Source of the DNA: Kiloniellaceae bacterium
GTDB lineage: Bacteria; Pseudomonadota; Alphaproteobacteria; Kiloniellales; J153
Length of the DNA: 64,000 bases
NCBI GenBank assembly: GCA_021776175.1
Contig: JAJFGJ010000003.1
Coordinates: 144,233 to 208,232, forward strand
Direction of reading: 5' to 3'
Position numbers and translations under genes: made by a program. Position 1 is the stretch's first letter. Each line of letters begins with the position of its first letter. Below the pieces are notes generated by a model. That model was not told the origin of the DNA and searched no databases. It saw only the letters and a program-made list of their open reading frames with translations. Positions 27,065-34,956 of this stretch are shown here, piece after piece.

Positions 27065-27805
27065 ATGACCAAAGGCGTTACAGACTACAAGGCCCTGACC
27101 TTCGATTGTTACGGTACCCTGATCGATTGGGAGAGCGGTATCTGGGATGCTCTGCAACCGCTATTGATGGAAAACGACCGCGACGGCATAACGCGCGCCG
27201 CTGCCCTGAAGGCCTTCGCGGAGGAAGAAAGCGCGCAAGAGGCGCGAACCCCGGACAAGCTTTATCCAGGCATCCTCGAAGAAGTGCACGCCGCGCTCGC
27301 CCGCCGCCTCAATCTGCGCACAAGCCCAGAACTGAATGCGGCCTTTGGGGCGTCGGTTCCTTACTGGCCGGCGTTTCCCGATACCGCGGACGCGCTTCGC
27401 GTGCTTAAGCGGCACTTCAAGCTGGTCATTCTATCCAACGTGAACCGGGCCGGGTTTATCGCCTCGAACCGCAAGCTGGGGGTCGCCTTCGACGCCGTTT
27501 ACACGGCGCAGGATGTCGGGTCCTACAAGCCGGCGCCGGCGAATTTCGAATACATGCTCAAGCATCTGCCTGGGGATTTGGGGCTTCAGGCCGGCGACAT
27601 CCTGCATACCGCCCAAAGCTTGTTCCACGATCACGTTCCGGCCACCGCCTTCGGTCTCGCGAAAGCCTGGATCGACCGCCAGGGCCTGTCCCAAGGCGGC
27701 GACTGGGGCGCGACCGCGACGGTGCCGGAGCGCCCGGACGTGGACTTCCTGTTTCCGACCATGGCCGCCATGGCCGCCATGGCCGAAGCGGCCCGCAAGG
27801 TTTGA
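27065..27805 (+). CDS. HAD-superfamily hydrolase, haloacid-dehalogenase type II-like
   Basis: LTFDCYGTLIDWE (DxYGT nucleophile motif), ILSNV and YKP motifs. The ATG at 27065 is preferred over the upstream start. Confidence 0.85.
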   Translation: MTKGVTDYKALTFDCYGTLIDWESGIWDALQPLLMENDRDGITRAAALKAFAEEESAQEARTPDKLYPGILEEVHAALARRLNLRTSPELNAAFGASVPYWPAFPDTADALRVLKRHFKLVILSNVNRAGFIASNRKLGVAFDAVYTAQDVGSYKPAPANFEYMLKHLPGDLGLQAGDILHTAQSLFHDHVPATAFGLAKAWIDRQGLSQGGDWGATATVPERPDVDFLFPTMAAMAAMAEAARKV

Positions 27806-28061
27806 ACTCGCACGCACACACGCCATTGCCAGAGCTTGCGGTTAACATTTTATTAGTATTTTCAAAACCTTATGGGCATACCGATAAACGCAGCAATCGC
27901 TGCAGATCAGATGTGCGCTATCAATATATTGTTGAAAAGACGGGCTGAGCTACCAAGCCTAGTATTGACAATTTCGAAGAAATACCCCAAATTCCTGTTG
28001 GAGGCTTTGCGGGTGGAAACGCCTGCATTGCCTTTTTCTATTGAACTTGTTCCTCTTCATT

Positions 28062-28940
28062 TTAAATCATGTCAACGTCTCGCTCTGAGCGGGTACGAAG
28101 GTCATCAATATATGCGAAGCTCCAAATATCGAAATTCGGATTGCCGCCTACATCCCTTGTGGTCTTGTGCCGCAGGCTAGCAACCTGCCGCGCATATGGA
28201 GCAAGCTCAATACGATGAGGCCGCGTCATTTGTCGCATTCTAAAACCCCACGATATAGTGTAGGCAATTAAATCTGCAATTTGAACACCAGTCGTGAGAT
28301 CACTATGAACAAATAATGGCTCTGGAATTATTAAACCTGCTCGAAGTTTCCCGATCGCTGTATTTTTGAAATATTTATGCGCTTGTTCGACCAGAATATG
28401 ACTTCTCGATTTTTCAAGTTCATCAAAAACTATGATTCCACGTTCGTCATATTTCCAATCATCCAAAAAATAGAAAAACCGCTCGAATAGATATCCATAG
28501 TCCTTTCTTAGGCCGCCTGACTCTGTTCGGATAGCATCTCGGTCAACGATGCTAGCTAGCGCCCTACAACGAAAGCGCGCACAAATATCGAAAACATCCT
28601 GTACATAGGCGAGTTTCGCCAATGCCAAGGCTTTAATCCGGGAAACATCCGCTTGCGCACCGTTGTCCAGCGCTTCTTTCGCAAGCTGTGGAATCATATC
28701 ATCTTGAATAGGTACATTAAGATCGGCATGCCTGAAGACTTTTGTTTTTAGTAGCTTCTTTCCTTTTAATTCGGCGCTACCAGCACTGTAACGTCGACCG
28801 AAACGTAATAATTCGGCCGCGTGAATTTCTTTGATAATATTCCAAAGATCACGATCTTGTATGGCAACTCCTGCTAGAACCTCATAAGGAGCTTCTTTGC
28901 GGTCGTGTCCACTTTCATCAATGAATAGCAGCCAAGCCAT
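28062..28940 (-). CDS. DUF3800-like protein (function unknown) in a low-GC islet
   Basis: N-terminal MAWLLFIDESGHD matches the hallmark xxFIDESG start of DUF3800 as I recall it. The later QIADLIAY motif is also typical. Composition is markedly AT-richer than the flanks. Confidence 0.72.
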   Translation of the reverse strand: MAWLLFIDESGHDRKEAPYEVLAGVAIQDRDLWNIIKEIHAAELLRFGRRYSAGSAELKGKKLLKTKVFRHADLNVPIQDDMIPQLAKEALDNGAQADVSRIKALALAKLAYVQDVFDICARFRCRALASIVDRDAIRTESGGLRKDYGYLFERFFYFLDDWKYDERGIIVFDELEKSRSHILVEQAHKYFKNTAIGKLRAGLIIPEPLFVHSDLTTGVQIADLIAYTISWGFRMRQMTRPHRIELAPYARQVASLRHKTTRDVGGNPNFDIWSFAYIDDLRTRSERDVDMI

Positions 28941-29091
28941 GCCTCAAGTATAACTTGTAATCTGTCGTTATGGAACTGAGACATTGCCTCGCCGCCGTCG
29001 ATTTCATTAAATATTCCGGCGCATTCGCGCCAGACGCGGGGCGCCCAACCGGGCAGCACTGGCCCTGGACAACGAAAGATTGGGAGTGGCG

Positions 29092-31506
29092 ATGAAAACG
29101 CAGGTTCGGGTAGCCGTCATCGGCGGCGGTGTGGTTGGGTGCAGCGTTCTCTATCATCTAACCAAGCTCGGCTGGAAGGACGTGGTTCTGATCGAGCGGT
29201 CGGAGCTGACCTCGGGATCGACCTGGCACGCGGCCGGCGGGTTTCACACCCTCAACGCCGATCCCAACATCGCCGCCCTGCAAGGCTACACGATCAAGCT
29301 TTACAAGGAATTGGAGGAGATCAGCGGCCAGTCTTGCGGCTTGCACCATGTCGGCGGTCTGACCATCGCGGACACGCCGGAGCGCATGGATTACCTCAAG
29401 GCCGAGCGCGCCAAGCATCGCCACATGGGCCTGGAGACCGAGATCGTCGGCCCGGAGCAGATCCGTGAGCTGAGCCCTATCACCAATACCGAGGGTCTGC
29501 TGGGCGCGCTCTACGATCCGCTCGACGGTCACCTCGACCCTTCGGGAACCACGCACGCCTATGCCAAGGCGGCGCGGGTGCAGGGTGCCGAGATCGTCTT
29601 GCGTAACCGGGTGTTGGAGTTAAACCCGCGCGCCGACGGGACCTGGGACGTGGTGACGGAGCAAGGCACGATCCACGCAGAGCACGTGGTCAATGCCGGT
29701 GGCCTGTGGGCGCGCGAGGTCGGCGCCATGGCCGGGGTGTTCCTGCCGCTTCATGCCATGGAGCATCAATATCTCGTGACCGGCGACATCCCCGCGGTCT
29801 ATGAGCGCGATCGTGAGTTACCCCATGTGATCGACCCGGGCGGGGAAAATTACCTGCGCCAGGAAGGCCGCGGCCTGGTCATCGGGTTCTACGAGCAGGA
29901 TGCGACGCCCTGGGCCGTCGACAGCACGCGCTGGGATTTTGGGCACGAGCTATTGCCAGACAACCTGGATCGTATCGGCGACGCCATGGAGCATTCATTC
30001 CAGCGCTATCCTTGCCTGGCCGAAGCGGGGATAAAGCGGGTCATCAACGGCCCCTTCACCTTCGCGCCCGACGGCAATCCTCTGGTCGGGCCGGTGCCGG
30101 GCCTGCGCAACTACTGGTCCGCCTGCGCGGTCATGGCCGGGTTCTCCCAAGGAGGCGGCGTCGGCCTGACTCTGGCCGAATGGATGGTCGAGGGCGAACC
30201 GTCGCGCGACGTTTTTGCCATGGATGTCGCGCGCTACGGCGACTACGCGACCCGCACCTTCACCCGCGTCAAGGTGACGGAGAATTATCAGCGCCGATTC
30301 GCGATCTCCTATCCCAATGAGGAACTTCCCGCCGGCCGGCCCTTGGAAACCACACCGGCCTACGGCATCTGGAAATCAAAGCGCGCCGTCTTCGGCTCCG
30401 GCTACGGGCTGGAGCACGTCAACTATTTCGCGCCCGAGGGCGAAGCCCTATTCGAGACGCCGTCGTTCCGGCGCTCCAACGCCTTCGATCCGGTCGGCGC
30501 GGAATGCCGCGCGGTGCGTACCAAGGTCGGCATCAATGAGATTCATAATTTCGGCAAATACGATATCTCCGGGCCCGATGCCGAGGCCTGGCTCAATCGC
30601 ATCATGGCCAACCGCATGCCGCGCGAAGGCCGCTTGAACCTTACCCCCATGCTGGCCGAGAGCGGCCGGCTCATTGGCGACTTCACCGTGGCCAAGTTGG
30701 CGGAAGAACGCTTCCAGGTCACCGCTTCCTATGCCTCCCAGGCCTACCACATGCGCTGGTTCGTGGATCACCTGCCCAAGACCGGGGTCACCCTGCGCAA
30801 TGTCTCGCGCGAGCGGGTCGGCTTTCAGATCGCCGGGCCCAATGCCCGCGCGCTCTTGGAACGGGTCACGCGCGAGGACGTTTCAAACGACGCTTTCCCC
30901 TTCCTCTCGGTCCGCGCCATGGAAGTCGGCCTGGTGCCCGCGATCGTGGGCCGGATCTCCTATACCGGGGATTTGGGCTATGAGATCTATGTCGATCGCC
31001 GCCATCAGGTGGCGCTTTACGTGGCGCTGGAGGAAGCCGGGGGCGACTTGGGACTGACCCCCTTTGGCATGAGGGCCATGATGTCGCTGCGCCTGGAAAA
31101 ATCCTTTGGGTCTTGGATGCGTGAATTCAAACCCGATTATACGCCGGCCGAAACCGGCCTGGATCGCTTTATTTCCTTCAAGAAGAACGATTTCATCGGC
31201 CGCGACGCCGCCGTTGCCGCCCGCGACAATCCTCCGGGGCGGCGTCTGTGCGCCTTTGTCGTCGATGCCCAGGACGCCGACGTGGTGGCGGACGAACCGA
31301 TCTGGAAGGACGGCGAGGTCGTGGGTTTCGTGACCTCTGGCGGTTATGCCCATTTCTCGGGAAAGTCGGTCGCGCTCGGCTTCGTGCCGGTGAGCATGAT
31401 CGCCGAGGGTGCCAGGTTCGAGATCGAGATCCTGGGCGATATGCGCCCGGCCACGCTGATCATGCAACCCTTGCTTGATCCCGAAGGCGCCAGGATGCGG
31501 GGATAA
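29092..31506 (+). CDS. Dimethylglycine/sarcosine-dehydrogenase-family flavoprotein (FAD domain + GcvT folate-binding domain)
   Basis: 804 aa. VAVIGGGVVGCSVLYHL, and a C-terminal aminomethyltransferase-like region (ISYTGDLGYEIYV, LRLEKSF). Confidence 0.88.
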   Translation: MKTQVRVAVIGGGVVGCSVLYHLTKLGWKDVVLIERSELTSGSTWHAAGGFHTLNADPNIAALQGYTIKLYKELEEISGQSCGLHHVGGLTIADTPERMDYLKAERAKHRHMGLETEIVGPEQIRELSPITNTEGLLGALYDPLDGHLDPSGTTHAYAKAARVQGAEIVLRNRVLELNPRADGTWDVVTEQGTIHAEHVVNAGGLWAREVGAMAGVFLPLHAMEHQYLVTGDIPAVYERDRELPHVIDPGGENYLRQEGRGLVIGFYEQDATPWAVDSTRWDFGHELLPDNLDRIGDAMEHSFQRYPCLAEAGIKRVINGPFTFAPDGNPLVGPVPGLRNYWSACAVMAGFSQGGGVGLTLAEWMVEGEPSRDVFAMDVARYGDYATRTFTRVKVTENYQRRFAISYPNEELPAGRPLETTPAYGIWKSKRAVFGSGYGLEHVNYFAPEGEALFETPSFRRSNAFDPVGAECRAVRTKVGINEIHNFGKYDISGPDAEAWLNRIMANRMPREGRLNLTPMLAESGRLIGDFTVAKLAEERFQVTASYASQAYHMRWFVDHLPKTGVTLRNVSRERVGFQIAGPNARALLERVTREDVSNDAFPFLSVRAMEVGLVPAIVGRISYTGDLGYEIYVDRRHQVALYVALEEAGGDLGLTPFGMRAMMSLRLEKSFGSWMREFKPDYTPAETGLDRFISFKKNDFIGRDAAVAARDNPPGRRLCAFVVDAQDADVVADEPIWKDGEVVGFVTSGGYAHFSGKSVALGFVPVSMIAEGARFEIEILGDMRPATLIMQPLLDPEGARMRG

Positions 31507-31525
31507 CCGTGCTGTCGGGAATAAT

Positions 31526-33196
31526 TTAGAACTGGGCGCTGATCGCGAAGAAGAAGCGCAGATCCCGGTCGCCGGTGGTGTCGACCCGGCGATCCAAGGG
31601 TTTGGCGACCTCGAAACTCGCCAAGGCGTTTCCGGATACGCCTATACGAAGACCGCCGCCGGCGGAGGCCAAGGTCTGGCTCCGCGAACCGCTCGCTGTA
31701 TTTCGGTTGCGCAAGGCGCCGCCGTCGACAAAACCATAGGCTTCGTAGCTGGTCACGACTTCGCTGTCCCGGTCCTGGCCAAAGCGTAGCTCGGCGGAGC
31801 CGGCCACACCGTTCTCGCCCGAGATCTCGCCGAAATCGTAACCGCGGCCGAATTGCGACCCGCCTATGAGGAATTCTTCCGACGACAGCAAAGGATCCAA
31901 GGACGCTTGCGCCTGGCCCCCCAGCCGCAGGGAGACGGGGCCCCAGATTTTCTGCAACCTGATGATATCCAGCCGGAACTTGGTGAAGCTCCCCTCGCCG
32001 TCCGGGCGCGACAGGTTTATGTCGCCGGCGTTAGAGGCATTCAGGATGTCCAAGCCCTGGCTGACCTCAAGGGCGGCGTAGCTCGTGCCGCCCAGATCGT
32101 CTTGCAGCGAATAGTCCACCTGCACGCGCGCCACGCTAAGCCGGTCGTCGATGGTAGAGATGGCGAAGCGGTCTTCGCTGACACCGCGGACCTCGAAAGA
32201 GACTTGCAGGTTCATAGCCTGGCGGCGTGAGAGGAGTATGGGATGCCGCAGTTCGGTCTTGGCGGTGTAGCTGCGCGATTCGGTTTCTTCCTGGGCCAGA
32301 CCTTTGCCGGCGTCGATGGCGCTGGCGGCCAGGCTGACGCCGAGCACGGCGCCGCCTGTGCCCAGTGGCTGTTCGTAGCCGAGTTGGCCATAGACGAGTT
32401 CCGATGTCTGGTCCGGCACGGTGGCGATGGAGACCTGGACTCTCTCGCCCAGGCCCATGACCGAGTTGAACGCCACGCTGGTCCAGCCCTGTAGCCGGCC
32501 GACCTCCGGGGTGCCCCGGTTGTCCAGGTTCGCGCCGCCGGAAACGGCGCTATGCGTGGTGGGGATCACGAGCGCATACGCGCCATCGTCATCCACTTTC
32601 GCGACCTGGACATCGCCCACCGCCATGCCGGGCAGATCATTTATCACGAGCAGACCGCGTTCGACGGTGCTTAACCGAGCCGGCCGCTCGCGCGTGAAAT
32701 CGCCACGATATTCGCCCAGAAGGCCATCTTGTGCCGAGTCGCCCCGAAACCTGACCTCGGAAAGATATCCTTCGACAACGCGCACCCGAAGAACGCCGCC
32801 TTGAACTTCCTGCGGCGGAACAACGGCATGGGAGAGAAAATATCCGGCGGTGTTGTACTTGGCCGTGATGCGGAGCGCGATCTCCGCCAGATCGGCCGGT
32901 CCGACTTCGCGGGCCAGAAACTCGGCGTAAAGCGAACCAAACTCAGCCGCGTCGAATACGCTCGCGCCTTGAATACTAACCGCGGCCAGCACAAAAGAGA
33001 TTTCGTCCCCGGTCTCAACCAGTGGCGCCGCCGTCGGTTCCTGGAGTTTCGGCTGCGCCTTGGGGAGCGGTGTGGGGCGCAGTTGCTCTATGCGCCGCTC
33101 GATCTGGCCCGGATCCGCTTCCTGGGCAAGAGACTCTTGCGCCAAGAATCCCCATAGGGCGCATAGCGCCATGGCTGACAAAAACGGATTCCGCAC
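31526..33196 (-). CDS. ShlB/FhaC/HecB-type (TpsB) outer-membrane secretion/activation barrel
   Basis: Signal peptide MRNPFLSAMALCALWGFLAQESLAQE. POTRA-like FVLAAVSIQGASVF...ITAKYNTAGYFLSHAVVPPQEVQGGVLRVRVVEGYL. Also ANLDNRGTPEVG, and a beta-barrel C-terminus ending in F. Confidence 0.85.
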   Translation of the reverse strand: MRNPFLSAMALCALWGFLAQESLAQEADPGQIERRIEQLRPTPLPKAQPKLQEPTAAPLVETGDEISFVLAAVSIQGASVFDAAEFGSLYAEFLAREVGPADLAEIALRITAKYNTAGYFLSHAVVPPQEVQGGVLRVRVVEGYLSEVRFRGDSAQDGLLGEYRGDFTRERPARLSTVERGLLVINDLPGMAVGDVQVAKVDDDGAYALVIPTTHSAVSGGANLDNRGTPEVGRLQGWTSVAFNSVMGLGERVQVSIATVPDQTSELVYGQLGYEQPLGTGGAVLGVSLAASAIDAGKGLAQEETESRSYTAKTELRHPILLSRRQAMNLQVSFEVRGVSEDRFAISTIDDRLSVARVQVDYSLQDDLGGTSYAALEVSQGLDILNASNAGDINLSRPDGEGSFTKFRLDIIRLQKIWGPVSLRLGGQAQASLDPLLSSEEFLIGGSQFGRGYDFGEISGENGVAGSAELRFGQDRDSEVVTSYEAYGFVDGGALRNRNTASGSRSQTLASAGGGLRIGVSGNALASFEVAKPLDRRVDTTGDRDLRFFFAISAQF

Positions 33197-33371
33197 GGCA
33201 AACCCTCTCTTAACTCCCTGTCTTATAAATCAAGAATTCAATTAAAAATATACATAAATCTATTACTTAACAATACTTTGGTCTTGATTTTCATCTTCGG
33301 GTTATGTTACTTTCTGTTTACAAGAATTACTCAAGTTTTATCTATTTATCAAAATACTTCGTGAGGAAATC

Positions 33372-34541
33372 ATGACTCAACTCAAACGAATCTTTCACAC
33401 GACGGCTTTGGCGGCTTTCGCCGCCATGTTGGCCGGCCTGTTGTCCGGGGAAGCACGCGCCGGACAAGAAAGTTCGTGGACCTTGGAGAGCCGGTCCGGT
33501 CAAGTGAACTTGGTGAAAACCGGCATGGTCCCGATCTCTCTCTCGACAGGCGACGTTTTCGCGGACGGCGATTGGATCGAAACGGGCCCGGACGGCCGGG
33601 CCATGTTGAAGCGTGGGGAAGAGACGATTGTTGTCGCGCCCAACAGCCGAATCGGGTTGCCTAAAAGTAACGATGGGCCGTATGCCACGCGCATCTTGCA
33701 AACCCTCGGCACGATCCTGCTCACGGTGGAAAAAAAGGCCGCGCAGCATTTCGAGATCGAGACGCCTTACCTTACCGCCGTTGTGAAGGGCACGACCTTT
33801 ACCGTCGGTATCCAGGACGGCCGCGCGGTGGTTCATGTCGTGGAGGGCTTGGTTGAGGTCAATAACCTGTCCAGCGGCCGCAGCAGCCTGATCCGTCCCG
33901 GACAGACTGGATCCGTCATTCGTGGCGGCAGCGGCAATATCGAGATCGATGTTGGCGGCGCAAACGGCACGCCAGCCAGTGCGGCGGCCACGCAGGCACC
34001 GGGCGCGAGTCAGGCGACGGCCCCAGTCGCGAGCCAGGCCTCGCCGGTCGCCGTCGCGGCGGTATCGAATGGCAAGTCGCGCAAGGTTAGAATCGCGCGG
34101 GCTCTTGGCCCCACGACCCTCGACCTGAGCAAGTCGACCAAGGGCTTGGTGCGTGCCGCCCAAGGGGGGCAAGGCAAGGCTCTGGGTAAGGGGCATTTGG
34201 CCGGCAAGCAAGCCACCGCCTCGGATGTTCGAAGCAACGGTCTAGCTTTAGGCAAGACCGCCGCCGCCTCGGGTGCCCGGGGCAGCGCCGGGAACAACGG
34301 CCTCGCTTTAGGCAAGACCGCCGCCGCCTCTAGAGATCTAAGCAGCGCCGGGAACAACGGCCTCGCTTTAGGCAAGACCGCCGCCGCCTCTAGGGCTCTG
34401 AGAAGCGCCGGGAACAACGGCCTAGCGCATGGCAACAGCGCAATCGCCAAACTGCAGGCCTCCGTGGATCATGGCCACGGTGCGGGCGACAACCCGCGCG
34501 CCAATCCGGTTAAAGGCCATGGCAATGGCAATAGTAACTAA
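33372..34541 (+). CDS. Secreted FecR-domain protein with C-terminal Ala/Gly-rich 20-aa tandem repeats
   Basis: Signal peptide ...LLSGEARAGQ. FecR-type core GDWIETGPDGRAMLKRGEETIVVAPNSRIGL...FEIETPYLTAVVKGTTFTV...VHVVEGLVEV. Repeats follow the pattern NNGLALGKTAAASxxLxSAG. Confidence 0.8.
   Translation: MTQLKRIFHTTALAAFAAMLAGLLSGEARAGQESSWTLESRSGQVNLVKTGMVPISLSTGDVFADGDWIETGPDGRAMLKRGEETIVVAPNSRIGLPKSNDGPYATRILQTLGTILLTVEKKAAQHFEIETPYLTAVVKGTTFTVGIQDGRAVVHVVEGLVEVNNLSSGRSSLIRPGQTGSVIRGGSGNIEIDVGGANGTPASAAATQAPGASQATAPVASQASPVAVAAVSNGKSRKVRIARALGPTTLDLSKSTKGLVRAAQGGQGKALGKGHLAGKQATASDVRSNGLALGKTAAASGARGSAGNNGLALGKTAAASRDLSSAGNNGLALGKTAAASRALRSAGNNGLAHGNSAIAKLQASVDHGHGAGDNPRANPVKGHGNGNSN
34235..34435 (+). 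repeat. 60-bp tandem repeat, about 3.3 copies, in frame within the FecR-domain gene
   Basis: Units at 34235-34294, 34295-34354 and 34355-34414, plus a partial fourth. Units 2 and 3 differ at only about 5 positions. Confidence 0.9.
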
Positions 34542-34956
34542 CGCCAGTAGCGCCGGATAGACGCGCGCCGACACTAACGCCAAGTCTCAATACCGGCGGT
34601 TCAATTCGCTCGTCGTGAAATGAGCCGATCGGTTTGAGGCTTGGTATTTGGGGTTTGGCGAGGGCCGCAGCCGCAGCCGGTATTAACACAATCATAACTA
34701 TCGTTAAGACGTTATTGCCACCATGCCGGGAATGAGGGGGAAATCGATTTCCGGTGCCAAACGATCTAGCAACTTTCCCGGTGTTTAATTGAGCTGTCAA
34801 CGGCACGCCCGCGGGCAAGTCCGGTTCGCGAGGGGTCAGTCCGGGCGGGCTCGGTGGCGGCCGAGACTGATCTCGGGAACGTCCCAGGAATTGATCTGGC
34901 ATGAATTTTCACGTGGCTTTCCTAGTGAATCACCGAATTGGCGGATACAGAGTTAG

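Noticed and set aside
27872-28180. 102-aa plus-strand ORF at the edge of the low-GC islet
   Set aside because: Its 3' third is antisense to the DUF3800-like gene. It has no SD or domain, though a small real gene cannot be fully excluded.
34510-34902. 130-aa minus-strand ORF between the FecR-domain and CHASE2 genes
   Set aside because: It is Pro/Arg-rich, has no start context, and is antisense to the likely kinase promoter region.
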